A stretch of DNA of 64,000 nt from an uncultured Bdellovibrio sp. (GTDB lineage: Bacteria > Bdellovibrionota > Bdellovibrionia > Bdellovibrionales > Bdellovibrionaceae), in the NCBI GenBank assembly GCA_963932905.1, contig CAWVRN010000008.1, forward strand, positions 66,047-130,046, read 5' to 3'. This document shows positions 1 through 9,506 of the stretch, piece after piece (position 1 is the first letter of the stretch; every line of letters starts with the position of its first letter). The position numbers were made by a program, and so were the translations under genes. The notes under the pieces are model-generated. The model ran no database searches. It was not told the DNA's origin and saw nothing but the letters and a program-made list of their open reading frames with translations.

Positions 1-485
1 CCTTTTAAAATATTTTTAAAATCAAACTGAAACTTTTCAATTTTTTGAAGTGTCGTTTGGAAAAATTCGCGAACACCAGAAGGACAGTCGTTTTGGCTGG
101 TTAAGGCATCAATCAATTGATTATTAATGCGATTGTTTTCCACGATTGGAATCGGTGGAATTTTGATCATTTTTTTGCTGAAATCCCACCGATTAGGAAA
201 AGACTCCTCGATACAAAAGTGAAATGATTCTGCCGAGAAAATGAATTGGATTCTGTCCGATTGGCTGCACCCCAACAGTGGATCATTATGAACAATAACG
301 TGAGAGCCATCCCATGGGAAAAAGTTTTTCAATGTCTTGGGCCCGGTCATCATTCCAACCGAGTTGTTTGAAAACGGAGTCTGGATGTGGAGACACTTAA
401 ATTCAGAATTAAAGATAGCCATGCTGGTGAAGCGTTGGCTAACAGATTTTAAAAAGAAATGAAAATCAGTTACGCGAGTGTTCAT
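1..485 (-). CDS. Hydantoinase B/oxoprolinase-family protein, divergent; only the 5' part is in the window (runs off the left edge)
   Basis: Not in the ORF track; translated by hand. The ATG at 485-483 overlaps the TAA of the upstream gene (TAATG) and the frame is open to base 1: MNTRVTDFHFFLKSV...VIVHNDPLLGCSQSD...KIPPIPIVENNRINNQLID. This resembles the HyuB NDPyxGgtHlpD and rIPPvklveaGeln motifs. Confidence 0.7.
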   Translation of the reverse strand, partial: MNTRVTDFHFFLKSVSQRFTSMAIFNSEFKCLHIQTPFSNNSVGMMTGPKTLKNFFPWDGSHVIVHNDPLLGCSQSDRIQFIFSAESFHFCIEESFPNRWDFSKKMIKIPPIPIVENNRINNQLIDALTSQNDCPSGVREFFQTTLQKIEKFQFDFKNILK

Positions 486-1852
486 TAGTTTTCTTCCGCG
501 CGACCGCGCATCAGGGCCAGTAAAGATTTAGGAAATTCTTTTTGTGAAATAAACACTAAGTTTTTACCCTTAAGCAAATTTTTTGCGCGGGTTTCAAAGC
601 TTTTTGGTAAATCGCCATAAATAACAATTGTTTCATTGCCGACTAGGAAGCTAGCTTCGATCAAAATGCGGTCCCAAATGACATTGCGGAATTCGTCGAA
701 TGCTTTTTCTTGAGTATGACGTCCCGTAGACGAACGTGCTAACGCCCAAAATGAATCTTTGATTTTCTTTTGTAATTCCACTGACGCATTTTCAGAATTT
801 AAAACATCATACACGCAAGGAATTTTACCTCGACCAAGACACATTGGACCTGGTTCAAAGCTTTCTTCGTTCGTGCCGATTTCAACTTCGTCAAAAATAT
901 TTAGAAGAAACGAGTTCGTCGGTTGGACTTTTAAGTCGATACGTTTTTTTGCGCGAATAGAAGTTTGGCCCCACGGACTGTGCCAAAAATCAGTTTCATT
1001 TAGCCAGACAGAAAAGTTTTCTAGGCCTAAATGAAGAACGTCAAATCTATCTGGTAGCGGAAATTTTGTTTTCGCGTAATCAAAGAAAGAATCTTCAAGC
1101 GCGAATAATCCGGATAGAATATTTCGGCAATTTGATGTTGCCGATTTATTTGTCACGTATTTTACATTTTCAGCCGTGACCACGGATTGCAGAGATTCCA
1201 AGATTTCACTTTTCATTTCGTTAAAAGTTCCAGCTAAAGAGGATTCAATTAAGCTTGTACGCCATGCAATAACGTCGCTTTCGGTGTTCAGCTCGCAAGC
1301 GTCGAATACTTCGAACTGGTTTTCGGCCAGTGTCGCTTTGATTTGGTCGCGGTGGACTGGGTTTTTATGCGCATTCACAAGATTTAAGCAAACGCGTTTT
1401 GCTTCTTTCTTTTTAAGGTCAGCAACGATTTCGTTAAGTTCTTCTATCGATAGTGCGGTTTGAATGGTCCCATCGCTGTTGATTTTTTCATTAATTGAAA
1501 AAACCATTTCCAATGATGACAAATCGGGTGGTGCTTTTAAAGTAAAGAAAGTTTCTTTTTTATTCTGCTGATGCAAACCTAGCCAACCTTCGTAACCTTT
1601 AGTTACGATCTGCGCCACAGATCCGCCTAGCTTGAATTTGAAAATTCTTTCCAAATAACGATAACTAACATAAACATTTTCGACTTTGATGTTTTCAAAA
1701 CTTTGAAAAAGTTTAGGAAGCTTAGTTTTAAACGGGTCTTTTAAATTAAAAAATGATCCACTAAATAAAATAGAATCAGAAGGTCTTTCTGTTAAAATGA
1801 CTTCGTAAAAGGATTCACCAAAAAAAATACCGACATCAACCTGTTTAGTCAT
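485..1852 (-). CDS. Hydantoinase A/oxoprolinase N-terminal-domain family protein, divergent and shortened
   Basis: GGSVAQIVTKGYE (HyuA GarvglitTkGf.D), INEKINSDGTIQTALS, LNLVNAHKNPVH (llhsyaNPaHE) and EPGPMCLGRG (PGPaCYgrG); coupled to a HyuB-like gene. Confidence 0.7.
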   Translation of the reverse strand: MTKQVDVGIFFGESFYEVILTERPSDSILFSGSFFNLKDPFKTKLPKLFQSFENIKVENVYVSYRYLERIFKFKLGGSVAQIVTKGYEGWLGLHQQNKKETFFTLKAPPDLSSLEMVFSINEKINSDGTIQTALSIEELNEIVADLKKKEAKRVCLNLVNAHKNPVHRDQIKATLAENQFEVFDACELNTESDVIAWRTSLIESSLAGTFNEMKSEILESLQSVVTAENVKYVTNKSATSNCRNILSGLFALEDSFFDYAKTKFPLPDRFDVLHLGLENFSVWLNETDFWHSPWGQTSIRAKKRIDLKVQPTNSFLLNIFDEVEIGTNEESFEPGPMCLGRGKIPCVYDVLNSENASVELQKKIKDSFWALARSSTGRHTQEKAFDEFRNVIWDRILIEASFLVGNETIVIYGDLPKSFETRAKNLLKGKNLVFISQKEFPKSLLALMRGRAEEN

Positions 1853-1901
1853 AAAAAGTAATTGAATCCAGCAGATATCTGATAATATAACTGCTGTCTA
1901 G

Positions 1902-3008
1902 ATGAAAATTCCTGATTATATAAATCACCTTACTGCTTACAAACCGGGCAAGCCAATCGAAGAAACCCAACGCGAGTACGGACTCAAGCAAGTTTACAAG
2001 TTAGCCAGCAACGAAAACCCGTTAGGTCCTAGTCCTTTAGTTCAAAAAGCATTGGTTAGTGCCATTGCGAATCAGCACCTGTATCCAGATCCTAGTCAGT
2101 ATGAACTGTTGAAAGCAGGGGCGCAGTTCTGGGATATTAAGTCGGAAAATATTTCATTTGGAAATGGGACCGATGAAATTATCGATTTTTTAGTTCGTAT
2201 TTTCTGTCGCACCCAAGATCAAATATTGTTCCCTCAGTATTCGTTTCAAGCCTACGAGGTCACAGCCGGTGCCTGTCAGGTAGAATGTGTGCGTGCGCCT
2301 CTTAAGAATGGTTGGGATTTTGACTTAGATAAGACTATTGAAACGTTTGAAAAAAACCGCGCTAAGACGAAAATTGTATTTATTGCTAATCCAAACAACC
2401 CAACGGGTACTTACATGAATGCGACCACAATGCGTGCTTTCTTGGATTATTTCCGCGGCCAAAAAGAGGTATTGGTTGTTTTCGATGAGGCTTACTTTGA
2501 ATTCACTCGCGCTAAAGATTACGAATCAGCTGTGTCGTATTTAAAAACGACTGAAAACCTTGTGGTTTTGCGCACGTTCTCGAAAATATTTGGAATGGCG
2601 GGGCTTCGCCTAGGAGCCATGTTAGCCGGTGCCGACGTCATTCAGGCTTACAATAAAATGAGAAAACCGTTCAATGTTAGCAGTTTGGCTCAGGCCGCGG
2701 GTATTGCGGCATTGAAAGATCAGGCCTTTATTAAGCAAACTCAGCAGGTCACTTGGGCCGGATTAGACTATTTTTATAAAGAGCTGGATCGATTGAAGAT
2801 TGACTACATTCCGTCCGAGGGCAATTTTGTACTGTTTGATACAAAAACCGATGCCAATCAGGTTTTTGAAAAACTATTGCGTAAGGGAATAATTCTAAGA
2901 CCCGTAAAAAACTACGGACTGCCTCAGCATTTACGTATGAGTGTGGGGCTTGAGGTTGAAAACAAAGCAGCGATTAAAGCATTGGCCGAGGTATTAAACC
3001 ATGGGTAA
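1902..3008 (+). CDS. hisC: Histidinol-phosphate aminotransferase
   Basis: YKPGK, KLASNENPLG, NPNNPTG, DEAY, and RTFSKIFGMAGLRLG (PLP lysine). Confidence 0.93.
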   Translation: MKIPDYINHLTAYKPGKPIEETQREYGLKQVYKLASNENPLGPSPLVQKALVSAIANQHLYPDPSQYELLKAGAQFWDIKSENISFGNGTDEIIDFLVRIFCRTQDQILFPQYSFQAYEVTAGACQVECVRAPLKNGWDFDLDKTIETFEKNRAKTKIVFIANPNNPTGTYMNATTMRAFLDYFRGQKEVLVVFDEAYFEFTRAKDYESAVSYLKTTENLVVLRTFSKIFGMAGLRLGAMLAGADVIQAYNKMRKPFNVSSLAQAAGIAALKDQAFIKQTQQVTWAGLDYFYKELDRLKIDYIPSEGNFVLFDTKTDANQVFEKLLRKGIILRPVKNYGLPQHLRMSVGLEVENKAAIKALAEVLNHG

Positions 3009-3672
3009 GTTTGGAATTGTGGTTACAATCGATGGACCAGCTGCTAGCGGTAAATCATCGGTCAGTCGTGAAATTGCACGAAAACATGGTTGGAAATGGG
3101 TTTCCACGGGTGCGTTCTATCGTGGGCTAGCCTATGTCGCATTAAAAAAGAATATCGATCTAGATGATACTAAAGCGCTTGAAGAGCTATGTCATAGTGA
3201 TGAATGGTCTATCGAGCTGACTCAGGAAAAAACAGAAGTTGTTTTTCAAGGTGTGGACGTAACCGAGCAAATCAACCATGAAGACGTGGGTAGTTTTGCT
3301 AGCCGTATCAGTCATCATCAAGGTGTGCGAAAAGCATTACTGGCCGCTCAACGCAATTGTGCTTTAGGTCAGAAAGGTTTAGTGGCCGAAGGACGTGATT
3401 GCGGAACCGTTGTATTCCCAGATGCGCCTATTAAAGTTTATTTAACAGCTAAAAGTGAAAATAGAGCGCTTCGACGAGCTTTGGAGCAAGGTTCAGACTT
3501 ATTAGAAGTTCAATCGGCCCAAAAAATCAGAGATCAGCAGGATACAACTCGAAAAGCAGCCCCTCTTCAGGTGCCCGAGAATGCTTTGGTTGTTGATACT
3601 ACCGAACTGGACTTGGACGGCGTCGTTGCCGCCGTAGACAAGCATATCCAGCAAAAACTTGCGACTAAATAG
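3001..3672 (+). CDS. cmk: Cytidylate kinase
   Basis: IDGPAASGKSS P-loop, STGAFYR, EGRDCGTVVFPDA; lies upstream of rpsA. Confidence 0.95.
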   Translation: MGKFGIVVTIDGPAASGKSSVSREIARKHGWKWVSTGAFYRGLAYVALKKNIDLDDTKALEELCHSDEWSIELTQEKTEVVFQGVDVTEQINHEDVGSFASRISHHQGVRKALLAAQRNCALGQKGLVAEGRDCGTVVFPDAPIKVYLTAKSENRALRRALEQGSDLLEVQSAQKIRDQQDTTRKAAPLQVPENALVVDTTELDLDGVVAAVDKHIQQKLATK

Positions 3673-3690
3673 ATAGTCGCTAAAAACCCT

Positions 3691-3720
3691 TTGACTTTGA
3701 TTCATCGCTCCCATTACAAC
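3691..3720 (+). promoter_or_regulatory. Candidate sigma-70 promoter for rpsA
   Basis: TTGACT-N18-TACAAC, followed by a leader with a hairpin (3737-3765) and a GGGAGG Shine-Dalgarno. Confidence 0.45.
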
Positions 3721-3787
3721 CAAACGACATAAGAATTCTTATAGGTCCAATAAGAGACCTTAAGATCGGGAGGAACAATCAATTCAT

Positions 3788-5581
3788 ATGGCAAAACAAT
3801 TAAATAAAACGGAAACGGAACGCGCAAAGGTACTAGCTATCCTTGATGCTGAAGACGACAAAGTACTTACAGGTGGAATTTTCGGAACAACTAAAAGTTC
3901 AGATTTCGACAAACTTTTCACTGATTCAGTAAGAGAACAAGATTTCAAAGTAGGGGACGTAGTAACCGGATCCGTAGTTGAAGTTCAGAGTGATTATGTC
4001 CTTGTGGACATCAATTACAAATCTGAAGGCCTAATTGATATTAATGAATTTAGAGTAGTAGACGGCGTTCGCGATGTAAAAGTGGGCGATAAAATCGAAG
4101 TTCTAATTGATCGTATTGAAAATGAAAATGGCATGATCGTTTTATCTAAAGATAAAGCTGACATGTTAAGAGCATGGACTGACATCACTAAAGCGGCAGA
4201 AAACGAAGAAGTGATTGAAGGTACTGTTATCGCTAAAGTTAAGGGTGGCTTACAAGTCGATATCGGCGTGAAAGCATTCTTACCTGGTTCACAAATTGAT
4301 CTAAGACCTGTTCGCAACATGGACATCTTCTTAGGCAAAAAATATAAATTCAAAGTTATCAAGTTTAACAAAAAACGCGGTAACATCGTTCTTTCTCGTA
4401 GAGCATTGCTTGAAGAAGAAAGAGAAAATCTTAAAACACAAACTATCGATCAAATGCGCGAAGGTTCTATCGTAGCTGGTCTTGTTAAGAATATCACTGA
4501 TTACGGTGCGTTCATTGACTTGGGCGGTATGGATGGATTGCTTCACATCACTGACATGAGCTGGGGCCGTATCAAGCACCCTTCTGAAGTGATCAACGTA
4601 GGCGACGAAATTCAAGTTAAAGTTCTTAAGTATGACCAAGAAAAACAACGTGTATCTTTGGGCTTAAAACAGCTTCAAGAAGATCCATGGGGTACAGTAG
4701 CGGCATCTTACCCAGTTGGTAAAAAAGTTAAGGGTAAAGTTGTTTCTGTTACTGAATACGGTGCATTCGTAGAATTAGCAGAAGGTGTTGAAGGTCTAAT
4801 CCACGTTTCAGAAATGAGCTGGACTAAACGTGTAAAACACGCGAACCAAATCGTACAACCTACTCAAGAAGTAGAAGTACAGGTTCTTGAGATCGACAAT
4901 GAAAATCGCAAGATTTCATTAGGTATGAAACAATTGATGAGCAATCCTTGGGTTGAGTTGAAAGAAACGTATCCTCCAGGAACTATCATCGAGGGCGAAG
5001 TTAAATCTGTTACAGATTTCGGTGTGTTCATCGGTATCGAAGACGGCATTGACGGTCTAGTTCATATCTCTGACTTCTCTTGGACTAAACGTGTAAATCA
5101 CCCTTCAGAAATGTTTGCTAAAGGCCAAAAAGTACGCGCGGTTGTTCTAGGTGTAGATATCGAAAACGAACGTTTCAGCTTAGGTCTTAAACAGCTTGAA
5201 GCAGATCCTTGGTCAAATATCGAAACTAAATACGCTATCGGTACTCAACACGAAGTGAAAGTTACTAAAGTGGCTGACTTCGGTGCATTCGTAGAACTTG
5301 AAAGCGATATCGAAGGTTTGATCCACGTTTCTGAATTGACGACTGACAAAATCGCTAAACCAGAAGATTTCGTAAAATCGGGCGCGACTTTAAAAGCAGA
5401 AGTTATCTCTATCGATAAAGATGCTCGTAAAATCGGTCTATCTTCTAAACTAGTTAAATTGAGAGAGCAAAAAGCTGATGTTGACGATTATGTTAAAAAG
5501 GCGACGGCTTCTTCAAAAACTAGCTTCGGCGATGTATTTGCGGATGCGCTTAAAGGCGTAAAAACAGATACTAAGAACTAA
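3788..5581 (+). CDS. rpsA: 30S ribosomal protein S1
   Basis: Six S1 repeats (YGAFIDLGGMDGLLHITDMSW and similar). Confidence 0.98.
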   Translation: MAKQLNKTETERAKVLAILDAEDDKVLTGGIFGTTKSSDFDKLFTDSVREQDFKVGDVVTGSVVEVQSDYVLVDINYKSEGLIDINEFRVVDGVRDVKVGDKIEVLIDRIENENGMIVLSKDKADMLRAWTDITKAAENEEVIEGTVIAKVKGGLQVDIGVKAFLPGSQIDLRPVRNMDIFLGKKYKFKVIKFNKKRGNIVLSRRALLEEERENLKTQTIDQMREGSIVAGLVKNITDYGAFIDLGGMDGLLHITDMSWGRIKHPSEVINVGDEIQVKVLKYDQEKQRVSLGLKQLQEDPWGTVAASYPVGKKVKGKVVSVTEYGAFVELAEGVEGLIHVSEMSWTKRVKHANQIVQPTQEVEVQVLEIDNENRKISLGMKQLMSNPWVELKETYPPGTIIEGEVKSVTDFGVFIGIEDGIDGLVHISDFSWTKRVNHPSEMFAKGQKVRAVVLGVDIENERFSLGLKQLEADPWSNIETKYAIGTQHEVKVTKVADFGAFVELESDIEGLIHVSELTTDKIAKPEDFVKSGATLKAEVISIDKDARKIGLSSKLVKLREQKADVDDYVKKATASSKTSFGDVFADALKGVKTDTKN

Positions 5582-5609
5582 TTCGGTTCTGACATTCCAT
5601 ATAAAGACT

Positions 5610-5638
5610 AAAAAGGGCTCCTATCGGAGCCCTTTTTT
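5610..5638 (+). terminator. Rho-independent terminator after rpsA
   Basis: AAAAAGGGCTCC-TATC-GGAGCCC-TTTTTT perfect stem with a U-tract. Confidence 0.9.
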
Positions 5639-5671
5639 CGTTTAAGCTTTCCTATACCGTTGGAGAGTTAA

Positions 5672-6643
5672 ATGAAAAAGAGTTTCTTTGCTAAAGTTGT
5701 GATAGTTGCTGTTGTTTTTCTGGTTCTAGGAATGCTTTTGAAAAAGGGCGGATCGTACTTCAGTGCCGATGATGACGATGCTAAAATAGATATAGCTAAA
5801 AACAGTATCCTTCATATGGAATTAAGTGGCGTTATCATGAATGGTAAGCGCTTCATCAAAAATTTAAATAAATACAAAAAAGACAAAAACATTAAAGCGA
5901 TTGTTATCAATATCAATTCGCCAGGGGGTTCGGTCGGACCGTCTCAGGAAATTTTTGCAGAAATCAAACGCGCAAAAGAAGAAACTAAAAAGCCAATTAT
6001 TTGTGTGACGACGGGAATTATGGCCAGCGGTGCGTATTATTCGGCTGTAGCGTGTGACAAGATTGTTGTGGCGCCAGGCGCGTTGATTGGATCCATCGGT
6101 GTGATCATGGAATTTGCTAACTTAGAAAAATTGTATGACTGGGCAAAGATCAGCCGCTTTACGATCACTTCAGGTAAATTTAAAGATTCGGGTAACGAGT
6201 TCCGAGCGATGCGTGATGATGAAAAAGCCTTGTTCCAAAGCATGATCACGGAGGTCTATCAACAATTCCGTACGACTGTAAAAGACGCGCGTAAATTGGA
6301 TGACAAGATCATGGATCAATATGCTGATGGCCGCGTGTTTACAGGTACAGCCGCTGTGAAATTAGGTTTTGCCGATCAAGAGGGTATGTTTGAAGACGCT
6401 GTGAATTTAGCTGCGTCAGAAGCAAAACTAGGAACTGATTTCGAAGTGATTGAAATTCCTAAACGTAAAAAATCAATTTTAGATTTTGGTGATACAAGCG
6501 AAGACGATCCGGTGAATTCCGTAGCGCAAGTTAAAGGTTTATTTGCGGATCAAGCGATCGGTCAGTCAGTTGAAAAAGTATTCCGTATGAAATATCTAAA
6601 TCAACCAATGATGATCATGCCTGGGTTTTGGGACAGTAAATAA
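5672..6643 (+). CDS. sppA: Signal peptide peptidase SppA (S49, 36K type)
   Basis: INSPGGSVGPS, MASGAYYSA, GSIGVI, SGKFKD, DGRVFTG; N-terminal membrane anchor. Confidence 0.93.
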   Translation: MKKSFFAKVVIVAVVFLVLGMLLKKGGSYFSADDDDAKIDIAKNSILHMELSGVIMNGKRFIKNLNKYKKDKNIKAIVININSPGGSVGPSQEIFAEIKRAKEETKKPIICVTTGIMASGAYYSAVACDKIVVAPGALIGSIGVIMEFANLEKLYDWAKISRFTITSGKFKDSGNEFRAMRDDEKALFQSMITEVYQQFRTTVKDARKLDDKIMDQYADGRVFTGTAAVKLGFADQEGMFEDAVNLAASEAKLGTDFEVIEIPKRKKSILDFGDTSEDDPVNSVAQVKGLFADQAIGQSVEKVFRMKYLNQPMMIMPGFWDSK

Positions 6644-6646
6644 TTT

Positions 6647-7228
6647 ATGAAGGCAAAACTGACTAAGTTAAAGAAGACATCTAAATCGGTTAAAACGAAA
6701 TCGTCGAAGAGCGATGTTCGCAATATTTCTTTGGTAAAGAATGTTTTGTTTAAACCCGCCCGCTACAAATATATTCGTAAACAAGAAGTGGTAGATGGTT
6801 GTGTGTTTTGTAATTCATCGAAAAGAGTTTCGATGGACACATTATGTGTTTATAAATCTGAATATTCGATGATTGTTTTGAATAAATTTCCCTACAATAG
6901 CGGGCACCTATTGGTGTTGCCTCTGCAACATGTCGGTGATTTGCTAAAATTATCGAATGATCAGTACGCGGATTTGATGGCCACTTTGAAATTAGCCTGC
7001 CAGGCGGTGACGGATATTTATGCTCCAGCAGCCTTTAATTTGGGCATGAACCATGGGGCTGCGGCGGGTGCTGGGATTCCAGATCATTTGCACTTTCATG
7101 TCATTCCACGTTGGGCAGGGGATTTAAATTTTTTCCCATTAATTGCTCAGACAAAAGTCGTTATTGAAACTCTTGAGCAGACATACCAGAACTATTTAGG
7201 GTATTTTAATAATAGGGTTTCATCATGA
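6647..7228 (+). CDS. HIT-family hydrolase (Ap4A hydrolase/phosphorylase-like)
   Basis: CVFC, LNKFPYNSGHLLVLP, AGAGIPDHLHFHVIPRW histidine triad. The true start may be downstream of the Lys-rich N-terminus. Confidence 0.88.
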   Translation: MKAKLTKLKKTSKSVKTKSSKSDVRNISLVKNVLFKPARYKYIRKQEVVDGCVFCNSSKRVSMDTLCVYKSEYSMIVLNKFPYNSGHLLVLPLQHVGDLLKLSNDQYADLMATLKLACQAVTDIYAPAAFNLGMNHGAAAGAGIPDHLHFHVIPRWAGDLNFFPLIAQTKVVIETLEQTYQNYLGYFNNRVSS

Positions 7229-7992
7229 ATTATCGACCATCACAAGTTTCCATGTCTATTCCTCCGTTTCCACCAGCTGTGAAATGGTTAATGATCGTTT
7301 CTGTTGCTATTTGGTTTATTGGCCAAGTTATCTTAGAGGGCTTTTTAAAAGTTCCGCTGACAGATATTTTTGCTCTTCAGCCGGGGCAAGTTCTGTTTGA
7401 TTATTATATTTGGCAGTTGTTTTCCTACATGTTTTTGCATTCTCAGACTCAGGTGACTCATATCGTATTTAATATGTTGATGCTTTGGTTTATGGGGGCT
7501 GAGTTAGAAACGCGTTGGGGCAGTAAATCGTTTCTGGCGTTTTATATTATCAACGGAATTGGAGCGGCCCTAATCTATATTTTTGGAATTGCGCTTTATT
7601 CCTACTTTTCGGGATCACAAAAAGGCCTTTTGGTCCCTGTTGTGGGTGCCAGCGGGTCTTTATTCGCCCTAATGCTTGCTTATGGTTGGTTGTTTGGGGA
7701 TAGAGTGATCTATTTCTTTATGGTTTTTCCGATGAAAGCTCGTTATTTCGTTATGATATTGGGCTTTATTCAGATTTCGTCGTTGTTAACGACGGGGGTA
7801 GTGGGCGGCGAAGTAGCTCATTTGGCCCATTTGGGCGGAATTTTATCTGGAATTATCTATATTTTCTTTTGGGGAATGTATAAAACCCGGGTCCAAGAGT
7901 CTAAAACCAAAAAGAAGACAAACCTACGTCTGATTGTAAACAATGAAGAGCAAGATGCCTCGAAAAAGCGCGATCCTCGCTACTGGAACTAA
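7225..7992 (+). CDS. Rhomboid-family intramembrane serine protease
   Basis: WQLFSYMFLH, HIVFNM, VGASG (catalytic Ser), AHLAHLGG (catalytic His). Confidence 0.92.
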   Translation: MNYRPSQVSMSIPPFPPAVKWLMIVSVAIWFIGQVILEGFLKVPLTDIFALQPGQVLFDYYIWQLFSYMFLHSQTQVTHIVFNMLMLWFMGAELETRWGSKSFLAFYIINGIGAALIYIFGIALYSYFSGSQKGLLVPVVGASGSLFALMLAYGWLFGDRVIYFFMVFPMKARYFVMILGFIQISSLLTTGVVGGEVAHLAHLGGILSGIIYIFFWGMYKTRVQESKTKKKTNLRLIVNNEEQDASKKRDPRYWN

Positions 7993-8117
7993 ATCCTAGA
8001 CCTTGCAACCATTTTAAGCTATTTATGGAGATCGAGTGATTAAAAAAACCTAGATCGTCGTTCGATTTAGATCTTTTTAAGCATTCGACAAGAAGTTTAA
8101 AAAAAAAGGAAAGTGTT

Positions 8118-8303
8118 ATGTCTTTAAGTGATTCATTAAAAAAGCTAAAATACGATACTCGTCTTACAGAATGGTACATGAAGAACAATTTAATGACTCA
8201 AGACGAGCTTAAAAAATCGTTAGATGCATTGCCAGATGTGTCGGCTAATATCGATATTTCTCAAGAAGGCGATTCTGAAGTTCAGCCTGAGGAAACGCAC
8301 TAG
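8118..8303 (+). CDS. Small hypothetical protein (61 aa)
   Basis: AAGGA Shine-Dalgarno upstream; fills the gap between convergent genes; normal composition. Confidence 0.7.
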   Translation: MSLSDSLKKLKYDTRLTEWYMKNNLMTQDELKKSLDALPDVSANIDISQEGDSEVQPEETH

Positions 8304-8315
8304 TTTTTTTGTTGT

Positions 8316-9341
8316 TTAGTTTGAGCTAGTGGGCGTTGATGCCGCTGGCTCTATCTGCTTCTGAGTTAACTCGAAGCCTTCTGGATTTGCTTCCTTCCAC
8401 TCTTCACTGATAATTTTATATTTACTATCGATCTTCACAGCATGAATCGTTTTAATACCGAAATCCGTGTGCTTATCGCTTTGGTATTTCTGTAGTGTTT
8501 TGATGATCAGCTGTTCGTTATGAATTAAGATAAATGGCTGATCGAACGACACATTTATAAAGTCGTATTTACCAATCAGACCTTCTTTATATTTCTTCCA
8601 GCGTTTTTTCGTGTAACCCAAAGATTTAAAATCCTCGTCGTAGAAATCAATATATTTGTCTATCGATTTACTTTGCCAAGCATCGCGCCAACCGTCTATG
8701 AATGCGTGAATTTCACTTTTCTTTTTTTCGTGATCAGTGGACGGAACAAATTTTACCTGATCAAAAATTAATATAGGAGTTTCTTTCAGCTGGATATATT
8801 GAGTTAATTTTTCGATGACTTCATTTCGAACGACCACGCAGCCGCGAGAACCACGAGTCAATGGAACAGTCTCGGGGATGGAGTGAAGCCAAATACCACT
8901 GCCAGATTTCTTTGCGCGTACGTCGAAAATATTTGGATAATCTAAAGTGAACGCCATTTTTCCGTACGTCTCGAATGGAATTTGTGGTGGTTTAAGTAAG
9001 TTTTGGAAAAAGTAAATTCCTTCTGGCGTTTTGTGGTCATCACGTTTCATTTTGTTGCCGTCATTTTTTCCGATGTCGGCAGGGAATTCGCCTACTTTTT
9101 TAATTTTTGTTTCTTCACGTTCATACAAAAACAAAGTTCTTAAGCTTTTATCAACCAAGAAAACATACTTTGCGAATGCTTTTGTATCTGCAATTTGCAG
9201 AAGTTGTTCAGGCATCAATGTTTCATCTTTAGATTCAGTTTTTGATGTGGTCGTCGAAGTGTCTGACTTTGCTTCGAAACTATGAAGTGTCATAAACAAT
9301 GACGAAAAAACTAGGATTGCGGAACGACTCAATTTATTCAT
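8316..9341 (-). CDS. YkuD-family L,D-carboxypeptidase/transpeptidase with C-terminal NTF2-like domain (Bd1075/Csd6-like)
   Basis: Signal peptide; DHKTPEGIY, LDYPN, GSGIWLHS...SRGC catalytic motif; C-terminal WRDAWQSKSIDKYIDFY...IISEEW typical of the NTF2-like domain. Confidence 0.85.
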   Translation of the reverse strand: MNKLSRSAILVFSSLFMTLHSFEAKSDTSTTTSKTESKDETLMPEQLLQIADTKAFAKYVFLVDKSLRTLFLYEREETKIKKVGEFPADIGKNDGNKMKRDDHKTPEGIYFFQNLLKPPQIPFETYGKMAFTLDYPNIFDVRAKKSGSGIWLHSIPETVPLTRGSRGCVVVRNEVIEKLTQYIQLKETPILIFDQVKFVPSTDHEKKKSEIHAFIDGWRDAWQSKSIDKYIDFYDEDFKSLGYTKKRWKKYKEGLIGKYDFINVSFDQPFILIHNEQLIIKTLQKYQSDKHTDFGIKTIHAVKIDSKYKIISEEWKEANPEGFELTQKQIEPAASTPTSSN

Positions 9342-9461
9342 TTCCTATAATTGAAACTCTATTTTTTGCAAAGTGCAAGTCTGGAAAGGGGACAAGTTAT
9401 TGATTTTTTTGCCATTTTCCACACGACAGCAATCTTTAGTCTAGTATCTTCATTTTGGGGC

Positions 9462-9488
9462 TAAGGTCTTAGGACTTTATACCGAAAA
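9462..9488 (+). promoter_or_regulatory. Candidate sigma-28 (FliA) promoter of fliL
   Basis: TAAG-N15-ACCGAAAA (consensus TAAA-N15-GCCGATAA), 18 nt upstream of the fliL ATG. Confidence 0.6.
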
Positions 9489-9506
9489 AATAGTTAAGAG
9501 GTACTT

